NCBI GenBank assembly: GCA_030037405.1
Contig: JASHRK010000233.1
Span: forward strand, 1-34,786
DNA: 34,786 nt
Direction of reading: 5' to 3'
Source: Acidimicrobiales bacterium
GTDB lineage: Bacteria; Actinomycetota; Acidimicrobiia; Acidimicrobiales; Bog-793
Part shown: in pieces, positions 7,593 to 14,834 of the stretch
Position numbering within the stretch: position 1 is the stretch's first letter
How the letters are laid out: each line of letters begins with the position of its first letter
The notes under the pieces: model-generated
What the model was told of the DNA's origin: nothing
The model's input: only the letters and a program-made list of their open reading frames with translations
Database searches by the model: none
Position numbers and translations under genes: made by a program

Positions 7593-7607
7593 CGGTCCTG
7601 CTGGTCG

Positions 7608-8789
7608 TCAGAAGCCGATCGGCATCCCGGTGTAATTCTCGGCCAGCCCGCTCGCGCCCGCCGCGCTCGAGGTGACCCAGGCGAGCTGGGCCAGCTGCAG
7701 CTTGGCTTCGAAGGGATCGCCCGTGGTGTGGAGCATCGTCGTCATCCACCAGGAGAAGTGAGTGCATCGCCAGGCGCGACGGAGGGCTCTCTCGGAGTAA
7801 TGCTCCGCCGGTGAAGCATCTCCCTTCGTGAACGCGACGAGCGCCTCGGCGAGGAGGGCGGTATCGGCGATGGCGAGGTTCAGCCCCTTGGCTCCCGTCG
7901 GCGGGACGATGTGGGCGGCGTCGCCGGCGAGGAGGAGGCGGCCATGGCGCATCGGCTCCATGACGAAGCTGCGCATCGGGAGGATGCTCTTCTCCGCGAT
8001 GGGACCGGCCGTGAGGTGCCAGCCCGCCTCCCCGTCGCCGAGGCGGACGGCGAGGGCGTCCCAGATACGGTCGTCCCGCCACTCGGCAATGTCCGTTCCT
8101 GCATCGACCTGGAGGTAGAGACGGCTGACGGACTCCGATCTCATCGAGTGGAGAGCGAAGCCGTCAGGGTGCCAGGCGTAGATGAGCTCGTCGGTCGAGG
8201 GTGCCACCTCGGCCAGCACCCCGAGCCAGGAGTAGGGGTAGGACCTCTCCCAGATGCGCCGTTTGCTTTCCGGGACAGACTCCCGGCTCGGGCCGAAGGA
8301 GCCGTCGCAACCGGCGATGAGGTCGCAGTCGATCGTCACTTGCTCGCCTCGCTCGTCGCGAAAGCTGACCGAGGGCCCGTCGGTGTCGAGCCCGGCGAGG
8401 ACGGTGTCGCTCACGCCGTAGAAGAAGCGCTGGCCGGCGGCGTCTCGTGCGCGCCCAAGGTCCCTCGTGAGCTCGCTCTGCCCGTAGACGTGGACGCTTT
8501 TCCCGACGCGGTCGACGAAGTCGATGTGGTGCCGCTCGCCTGGCCACTGAAGGTAGATGCCACGGTGCTCGAACCCCTCCCTGTGGATGCGCTCCCCGAG
8601 CCCGATCGAGTCGAGCAGGGCGACGCTCGAGGCCTCGAGAATGCCCGCGCGAATGCGCGCCTCGACGTACTGGCGCGTGCGCCTCTCGAGGACGATCGAC
8701 TCGACTCCCTCTCTCGCGAGCAGGTGAGAGAGGAGCAAGCCGGCCGGTCCTGCGCCGACTATGGCGACGGTGGTCCTTGTCGTCGTCAC
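7608..8789 (-). CDS. pobA: 4-hydroxybenzoate 3-monooxygenase (FAD-dependent)
   Basis: 393 aa, TTVAIVGAGPAGLLLSHLL (GxGxxG), ...LIAGCDGSFGPSR..., ...LLLAGDAAHIVPPTGAKGLNLAIAD.... It is collinear with PobA along its full length. Confidence 0.92.
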   Translation of the reverse strand: MTTTRTTVAIVGAGPAGLLLSHLLAREGVESIVLERRTRQYVEARIRAGILEASSVALLDSIGLGERIHREGFEHRGIYLQWPGERHHIDFVDRVGKSVHVYGQSELTRDLGRARDAAGQRFFYGVSDTVLAGLDTDGPSVSFRDERGEQVTIDCDLIAGCDGSFGPSRESVPESKRRIWERSYPYSWLGVLAEVAPSTDELIYAWHPDGFALHSMRSESVSRLYLQVDAGTDIAEWRDDRIWDALAVRLGDGEAGWHLTAGPIAEKSILPMRSFVMEPMRHGRLLLAGDAAHIVPPTGAKGLNLAIADTALLAEALVAFTKGDASPAEHYSERALRRAWRCTHFSWWMTTMLHTTGDPFEAKLQLAQLAWVTSSAAGASGLAENYTGMPIGF

Positions 8790-8860
8790 GACTCAGCTGC
8801 CCAGCCACTCATGCAACAGCGCAACAACATACTCTCCGAGGCGACGGTTAGCCTGACCCG

Positions 8861-10495
8861 ATGACCTCCAGCGACAGTGCCTTTGCTTCCTTGGCAGACC
8901 GCGCCGTTCACGAAGTCCTCGCCCGAGAGCCGGAGCTCGCCACGGACCTCGGCTATCACGCCCACGACGGCCGGCTGGACGATAGGAGCGCCGAGGGTGA
9001 GGGCGCCGCCGGCAGCGCCTACTCGACCCTCTTGCAGGAGCTCTCGGGCGTCGACGAGGAGCAGCTCGACGACGAGGAGCTTGCCGACCTCGCCATCTTG
9101 CGGGGAGCGCTCGAGCAACGGATCTTCTCCATCGAAGAGCTCCGGGAGATCGAGTGGAACCCGCTCGTCTACAACCCGGGCAACGCCTTCTACCCGCTCA
9201 TCGCCCGAGCGACCGTCCCCGTGAGCAGTCGCCTGCGAGCGATCGCCGCCCGGCTCCTGGAAGTCCCCGCGCTCGTCGACCTCGCCCGCCAGCAGCTCGA
9301 AAGGCCACCGAGGATCCACCTGGAGACGGCGCTGGCGCAGAACACCGGTACCATCGCCCTCCTCGGAACAGAGCTCGAGAGCCTGCTCGAGGAGGACCCG
9401 GGGCTGCGACCACTCGTGGAGCCTGCACGCTCGAGCGCCGTCGAGGCCCTCGAGCGGCATGCGTCTTTCCTGGAGGAGCTCTCGGGGCAGGCCGGCGGGG
9501 ACTTCCGACTGGGAGCCGACCTCTTCCGGCGCAAGCTCCCGCTCGTCTTGCACTCCGACATCCCGCCGGACCGCGTTCCTGCGGACGCCGCCAGGAACGT
9601 CGAGGAGGTGGAAGCAGTCCTGTTCGAGGTCGCGTGCGAGTACCTCGGGGTGAGGGAGGCGGGGGCGGACCGGAACGAGACCGTCCGCGCCGCTCTCGAT
9701 CGAGTAGCCACGGCGCGCCCCGACGACACGAGCATCGTCGCCTCGGCGGCGGCCTGCTTGGACGGTCTTGCCGAGGGGGTGCGCCGGCTCGGCTTCGTCA
9801 CCGTCCCGGACGACCCTGCTCGCGTGGAGGTCATGCCCGAGTTCCGCAGAGGCATAGCTGTCGCCTACTGCGACTCCCCCGGGCCCTTCGAGGAGGGAGG
9901 CGACACCTTCCTCGCCGTCGCCCCCACACCAAGCGACTGGCCGAGAGAGCGCGTCGACTCCTTCTGCAGGGAGTACAACCTCGCACACCTCGTCAACCTC
10001 ATGGCTCACGAGGCGATCCCAGGCCATGCTCTCCAACTGGCGCATGCCCGCCGCTACAACGGCGCGACGCTCGTGCGCAAGGCATTCCAGAGCGGCCCGT
10101 TCTGCGAAGGATGGGCCGTCCACGCCGAGAAACTAATGGCCGAGTCGGGTCACGGGGGGCTACCGGTGCGCCTGCAGCAGCTGAAGATGCAGCTCAGGAT
10201 GAGCATCAACGCCATCCTGGACGCCGAGGTGCACGCCGACGACATGTCGGAGGACGCCGCCGTCGAGTTGATGGTCGGCCGGGGGTACCAGGAGGAAGGC
10301 GAGGCTGTGGGCAAGTGGCGGCGCGCCTGCCTTAGCTCCTGCCAGCTCTCGACCTACTACGTCGGCTACGCCGAGCTCGCCCGTGTCTTCGCCGACACAG
10401 GCCCGCACGGCAACTTCGACGGCTTCCTCGCCCATGGCTCCCCGCCTCCCTCCCTCCTGCGGCAGCTCGTCTCGAACGGTGCCGGCGAGAGCTGA
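8861..10495 (+). CDS. DUF885 family protein (putative metallopeptidase-like)
   Basis: 544 aa with the characteristic HEAIPGH motif (LMAHEAIPGHALQL) and a helical N-terminal region. Divergent from pobA across a 71-bp intergenic region. Confidence 0.82.
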   Translation: MTSSDSAFASLADRAVHEVLAREPELATDLGYHAHDGRLDDRSAEGEGAAGSAYSTLLQELSGVDEEQLDDEELADLAILRGALEQRIFSIEELREIEWNPLVYNPGNAFYPLIARATVPVSSRLRAIAARLLEVPALVDLARQQLERPPRIHLETALAQNTGTIALLGTELESLLEEDPGLRPLVEPARSSAVEALERHASFLEELSGQAGGDFRLGADLFRRKLPLVLHSDIPPDRVPADAARNVEEVEAVLFEVACEYLGVREAGADRNETVRAALDRVATARPDDTSIVASAAACLDGLAEGVRRLGFVTVPDDPARVEVMPEFRRGIAVAYCDSPGPFEEGGDTFLAVAPTPSDWPRERVDSFCREYNLAHLVNLMAHEAIPGHALQLAHARRYNGATLVRKAFQSGPFCEGWAVHAEKLMAESGHGGLPVRLQQLKMQLRMSINAILDAEVHADDMSEDAAVELMVGRGYQEEGEAVGKWRRACLSSCQLSTYYVGYAELARVFADTGPHGNFDGFLAHGSPPPSLLRQLVSNGAGES

Positions 10496-10530
10496 CCGCT
10501 CGGGACCGTGAGCGCAGCGACGGGCGGTTA

Positions 10531-10950
10531 TCACCCGGTCGGCTGGTACCTCGCCACGGTGAAAGCAAGGATCATCGGGACGTCGACGGCGAAGACGAAA
10601 AGCGTCGCTGTGACGACGGCGAGAGTCTTGCCCGGCGTATGGTCGAAGACGAAGACGAACTCGAGCATGCCGGCGATGACGAGGTATGCGAGCAGCGCCC
10701 ATCGGATCACGAGGAAGAATTTCCCCCAGGCGAAAGGGCGGACCCGGCTGAGCAGCATCACGTCTGTCGCCGTCAGAGCCGCCCCTGCGACAAGGAGGCT
10801 GGTTGGTATGCCGAGCGGCACCGGGCGCGGGATGTGAGCCCCGAGGTAGACGCCGCCTACGAGCATGAGGACGACCGAGGCGACGGCTATCTCGGCGATC
10901 GGAGGTAGGTGGCGAGGGCCGGCCGAGCCGGCAGGCTCCTCGCCGGTCAC
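10531..10950 (-). CDS. Small integral membrane protein, unknown function (about 4 TM)
   Basis: 139 aa, strongly hydrophobic (IAVASVVLMLVGGVYLGA..., LLVAGAALTATDVMLL..., LLAYLVIAGMLEFVFVF..., LFVFAVDVPMILAF). Its start overlaps the upstream stop by 4 nt (10947-10950). Confidence 0.6.
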   Translation of the reverse strand: MTGEEPAGSAGPRHLPPIAEIAVASVVLMLVGGVYLGAHIPRPVPLGIPTSLLVAGAALTATDVMLLSRVRPFAWGKFFLVIRWALLAYLVIAGMLEFVFVFDHTPGKTLAVVTATLFVFAVDVPMILAFTVARYQPTG

Positions 10951-11588
10951 GACGTTGCCAGCCTGGTCATGATGAGGAGCGTGGCAACCTGCATGGCGCC
11001 CGTGACCCCGGCCGAGTAGATGAAGCGGCGCATCAGCTTGGCGATGACCTGACCGTCGGGCTCCGGCTTCTTCAGCTCGAACAGGACCGCGAGGTTGGCC
11101 GGCTCGAGCAGGCCGAGAGCCACTACCGCCATCACGGCGACAACGATCATCGAGGCGACGACCCAGCGGTGGTCGACGTACGAGGCGTTGATGTCACCTG
11201 TCTGGCGGGCGAGCTGGAGGCCAGCCGCGAGGGTGCAGATCACGATGGTCGGCATGATGAGCATCATCTTCGGCATGAAGCGGGTCGTGAACTCCACGCG
11301 GGCGGGGATCGAAAGGCGCCCGAGGATGGGTCCGAGCACGAACCCGAGGAAGAGGTCGAGGGCAGTCCACATGCCCCCGCTGACGACGTGGAAGAAGTCG
11401 ATGCCCCAGGACGAGTTCGTGGCGATGACGGTCACAAGCCCGGCAAGCACGACGGCCACGGGGAGAAGGCCCCGCAAGGGGACGATCTCGAAGTGGCGAT
11501 GCAGGGTGCCCTGCGGCGGCGACGTGCCCACCGCTGGAGACGTGAGGACGGCATCACCTGCCGGCACGTTCAGCACCTGCTGAGTCAT
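10947..11588 (-). CDS. Integral membrane protein, unknown function (about 5 TM)
   Basis: 213 aa with hydrophobic spans LLPVAVVLAGLVTVIA, MWTALDLFLGFVLGPILG, MMLIMPTIVICTLAAGL, VVASMIVVAVMAVVALGLL and AGVTGAMQVATLLIM. Translationally coupled to the 139-aa protein. Confidence 0.62.
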   Translation of the reverse strand: MTQQVLNVPAGDAVLTSPAVGTSPPQGTLHRHFEIVPLRGLLPVAVVLAGLVTVIATNSSWGIDFFHVVSGGMWTALDLFLGFVLGPILGRLSIPARVEFTTRFMPKMMLIMPTIVICTLAAGLQLARQTGDINASYVDHRWVVASMIVVAVMAVVALGLLEPANLAVLFELKKPEPDGQVIAKLMRRFIYSAGVTGAMQVATLLIMTRLATS

Positions 11589-11633
11589 GTCCCTCCCCCG
11601 AGCTCTCGGTGCACGTTACTGGCTAAGGCTGGC

Positions 11634-12689
11634 TCACCAGGTCGACCGGGCCCGCAGCAGTCGAAGCTGGGCCGACCGGATCTTCCCCGTTTGCCCCTGT
11701 ACCAAGAGAAACATCGCCTCTCGCCCCAAACGCTGCGCCTGTGCCGTACGGACCATGCTCCGCCCTCCCCCCGAGGCGACGAGAGCTCCGGCGAGGTCGA
11801 GAGCAAGAAGCGAGACTCTCGCCCGCGTCTCGGGGAGGTCGTCAGGCGCGCTGGACACGAGGGCGGCGCGCGCCGATTGCAGAGCCAGCTCGACCTCGCC
11901 TGCGGCTCCGGAGCACTCGCCCGCCTCGCGCAGCAAGGAGAGGCAGCGGCGAGCGACGCCGAGAGCGAGAAAGCCGTTTGTGCGCAAACCGGCGGCATCC
12001 CTCGCGAGCCATTCGGAGAGCGGCTCGATCGTCGTCAGGCGGGAGCGGTCGACGAAGTGCCGGGAGAAGTGGAGCGACACGGTCGCCGAGGCGTTGACGG
12101 CTGCGAGGTCCAGGCGAGTGGGCACGAGGCTTGGACCGGGCGAGGCATCGACGAGCAGCCAGCCGATGTCACCCCCCATCACCGCGGCAACGTGCAGGAC
12201 GTCGATGAGGCCCCAACCGGAGACGAGCGGAGCCGTGCCGTCGATGAGGTAGCCCCCCTTCACTGCTCTCGCCGTAGGGCCCGGCCGCTCAGGGTGGCGG
12301 AGATGGCTGAACGCGATGCCGCTCCGCCTTGTGCCAGTGGCAAGGTCGCGGGCCCACTCCTCGCGGATCGTCCCCTCCAGGCGTGAGACGACCGCGGCGG
12401 TCGACAAGTGCTGCAGCCACACGAAAGTCGTCGTCAGGCAACCGCTCGCAAGGAGAGAGATGACCTCCTCGCCCGCCTCCCTCTCGAGCTCGAGACCGCC
12501 CGAGGCGCGGGCAGCGTACACCCCGTACAGCCCGGCGTCGGCAAGGACGTCGAGCAGCCTTCTCGGGACGGCGGGGGCCGCGTCCGTGGCAAGGCTGGCC
12601 GGGAAGAGGACCTCCTCGGCGATCTGGCCTGCGAGGGCGATGACCTCTTGCGCGCTGCTCGCCTCGAGATCGCTCGAGATGTCGCTCAC
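11634..12689 (-). CDS. Acyl-CoA dehydrogenase family protein
   Basis: Taken from the 529-aa ORF in the track and trimmed to the in-frame GTG at 12689 (351 aa), because upstream codons overlap fdsG on the other strand. The sequence AQEVIALAGQIAEEVLFPASLATD...LLDVLADAGLYGV...GIAFSHL...GGYLIDGTAPLVSGWGL...RLGREAMFLLVQGQT fits the ACAD three-domain pattern. Confidence 0.68.
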   Translation of the reverse strand: MSDISSDLEASSAQEVIALAGQIAEEVLFPASLATDAAPAVPRRLLDVLADAGLYGVYAARASGGLELEREAGEEVISLLASGCLTTTFVWLQHLSTAAVVSRLEGTIREEWARDLATGTRRSGIAFSHLRHPERPGPTARAVKGGYLIDGTAPLVSGWGLIDVLHVAAVMGGDIGWLLVDASPGPSLVPTRLDLAAVNASATVSLHFSRHFVDRSRLTTIEPLSEWLARDAAGLRTNGFLALGVARRCLSLLREAGECSGAAGEVELALQSARAALVSSAPDDLPETRARVSLLALDLAGALVASGGGRSMVRTAQAQRLGREAMFLLVQGQTGKIRSAQLRLLRARSTW

Positions 12690-12770
12690 TCTCTCGACAG
12701 TAGCGATGGGGAGTCGGGCGTCATCAACCGATACGATCGGTCCAAGTACACCTCCAAAGAGGAGCTCGAC

Positions 12771-13250
12771 GTGGCAAAGCTCGAAGGGGAGACACCTGTC
12801 TTCAGCGAGGACCGGGTAAGGGCGCTCGTGGAGCCGCACCGCCACGAACGCGGTCCCCTCATCGAGGTCCTCCATGCCGTGCAGGCGGACTTCGGCTACG
12901 TCGACAAGAGAGCAGTTGCCGTCATCGCCGACGAGCTCAACCTCTCGAGAGCGGAGGTCCACGGAGTCGTCACGTACTACCGCGACTTCAGATCCGAGCC
13001 GCCCGCCTCCTCGGTGGTCCGGCTCTGTCGCGCCGAGGCCTGCCAGTCGATGGGCGCCGAAGCGCTCGTGGCACAGGCCTGCGAGAAGCTCGGCGTGCGG
13101 GTGGGCGAGCGTACGCCTGACGGCCGTGTCGAGCTCGACCAGGCCTTCTGCTTCGGCAACTGCGCCCTCGCACCCTCGGTGACGGTAGACGGGCGCCTCT
13201 ACGGGCGCCTCGACGCCGGCCACCTCGACGCCCTCCTAGAGGCGCTGTGA
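12771..13250 (+). CDS. fdsG: NAD-dependent formate dehydrogenase gamma subunit (NuoE-like, 2Fe-2S)
   Basis: GTG at 12771 preceded by GAGGAG (12759-12764, 6-nt spacing), giving 159 aa. RGPLIEVLHAVQADFGYVD...VRLCRAEACQSMGAEAL...FCFGNCALAPSVTVDG has the NuoE Cys pattern. Confidence 0.85.
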   Translation: MAKLEGETPVFSEDRVRALVEPHRHERGPLIEVLHAVQADFGYVDKRAVAVIADELNLSRAEVHGVVTYYRDFRSEPPASSVVRLCRAEACQSMGAEALVAQACEKLGVRVGERTPDGRVELDQAFCFGNCALAPSVTVDGRLYGRLDAGHLDALLEAL

Positions 13251-14821
13251 CGGCCACCGTCTACGTCCCGCGGGACTCGTCTGCGCGTTCGGTCGGAGCG
13301 GACGAGGTAGCCGGTGAGATAGCCCGTCTCGCCGGGGAGCGAGACCTCGACCTGACTGTCGTCAGGAACGGCTCGCGTGGCATGTTGTGGCTCGAGCCGC
13401 TGGTGGAGGTGGCGTCCTCCCGCGGTCGTGTCGGGTATGGGCCCGTCACGCCGGGCGACGTGGACGAACTCCTCGCTGCCGGCTTGACCGAAGGAGCCGA
13501 TCACCGGCTCTCGCTCGGCCTCGTCGAGGAGATCCCCTACCTGGCGCGCCAGGAGCGGCTCACTTTCTCGCGCGTAGGCGTGACGGATCCTCTCTCCACC
13601 GAAGACTACGAGGAGCACGGCGGGCTTGCCGGGCTGCGCAAGGCCCTTGCCATGGAGCCTGCGGCCGTCGTGGATGAGGTCTTGAAATCGGGCCTCAGGG
13701 GAAGAGGCGGAGCCGGCTTCCCAGCGGGGGTCAAGTGGTCCACCGTCCTTGCGACCCCGACCCCGGATGTCAAATTCGTCTGCTGCAACGCCGACGAAGG
13801 CGACAGCGGCACCTTTGCCGACCGGATGCTCATGGAGGGCGATCCCTTCCTCCTCATCGAGGGCATGACGATCGCCGGGCTCGCGGTAGGCGCCACCGAG
13901 GGCTTCCTGTACATCCGCTCGGAGTACCCGGACGCCGTGGCGACGATGCGCACGGCGATCGAGATCGCCCACATTCGCGGCTGGCTCGGTCCGAGCGTCC
14001 TCGAAAGCGGGCGAGCCTTCCAGCTGTCGGTGCGGGTGGGCGCAGGCTCATACGTCTGCGGCGAGGAGATGGCAATGCTGGAAAGCCTCGAGGGGCGGCG
14101 AGGCGTCGTCCGGGCAAAGCCTCCTCTCCCCGCCCACGCCGGGCTCTTCGGCAGGCCGACGGTCGTGAACAACGTCCTCACCCTTGCCGCCGTGCCCTGG
14201 ATCCTCATCAACGGGGCCGCCGCCTACCAGGCGCTCGGGACCGGGCGCTCCCGAGGCACCCAGGTCTTCCAGCTTGCCGGCAACATCGCTCGCGGCGGAG
14301 TCGTCGAGCTCCCCTTCGGGGGAAGCCTCGCCGAGCTCGTGAACGACTTCGGAGGGGGCACACGCACCGGGAGGCCGGTACGGGCCGTCCAGGTGGGAGG
14401 CCCTCTCGGCTCCTACCTCCCCGCCTCCGCCCTCGACATCGAGATGAACTACGAGGCCTTCGCCGCCGCCAGCGCCATGATCGGCCACGGCGGGATCGTC
14501 GTCTTCGACGACACGGTGGACATGGCCCGCCAGGCCCGTTTCGCGATGGAGTTCTGCGCCGAGGAATCCTGTGGCAAGTGCACCCCCTGCCGCGTCGGGG
14601 CCGTGCGCGGCGTCGAGGTGATCGACAAGATCATCGCCGGTGAAGAAGCAGCGGCTAATCTCGAACTGTTGAAGGATCTCTGCGATCTCATGGTGGATGG
14701 TTCGCTGTGCGCCATGGGCGGCCTCACTCCGATGCCGGTCCGCAGTGTCCTGTCCCACTTCATAGATGACTTTCATCTCGGAGAGGACGGGCAGGTACGA
14801 CCCGGCGGGCAGACCGGGTGA
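13247..14821 (+). CDS. fdsB: NAD-dependent formate dehydrogenase beta subunit (NuoF-like; FMN, NAD and 4Fe-4S binding)
   Basis: 524 aa with GLRGRGGAGFPAGVKW, CCNADEGDSGTF and ESCGKCTPCRVG motifs. GTGA overlap with fdsG. Confidence 0.92.
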   Translation: MTATVYVPRDSSARSVGADEVAGEIARLAGERDLDLTVVRNGSRGMLWLEPLVEVASSRGRVGYGPVTPGDVDELLAAGLTEGADHRLSLGLVEEIPYLARQERLTFSRVGVTDPLSTEDYEEHGGLAGLRKALAMEPAAVVDEVLKSGLRGRGGAGFPAGVKWSTVLATPTPDVKFVCCNADEGDSGTFADRMLMEGDPFLLIEGMTIAGLAVGATEGFLYIRSEYPDAVATMRTAIEIAHIRGWLGPSVLESGRAFQLSVRVGAGSYVCGEEMAMLESLEGRRGVVRAKPPLPAHAGLFGRPTVVNNVLTLAAVPWILINGAAAYQALGTGRSRGTQVFQLAGNIARGGVVELPFGGSLAELVNDFGGGTRTGRPVRAVQVGGPLGSYLPASALDIEMNYEAFAAASAMIGHGGIVVFDDTVDMARQARFAMEFCAEESCGKCTPCRVGAVRGVEVIDKIIAGEEAAANLELLKDLCDLMVDGSLCAMGGLTPMPVRSVLSHFIDDFHLGEDGQVRPGGQTG

Positions 14822-14834
14822 CACGGAGGCGAAC

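Noticed and set aside
8790-8860. Promoter/operator calls in the pobA-DUF885 divergent region, and likewise upstream of fdsG (12690-12770), the LCP gene and the NHL gene
   Set aside because: I could not find hexamer pairs with acceptable spacing or any clear dyad. Any call would be guesswork.
12690-13223. N-terminal 178 codons of the 529-aa minus-strand ORF 11634-13223
   Set aside because: This part lies antisense to the well-supported fdsG gene and has no ACAD-like sequence. The ACAD-like similarity begins near the in-frame GTG at 12689, so the gene was trimmed.
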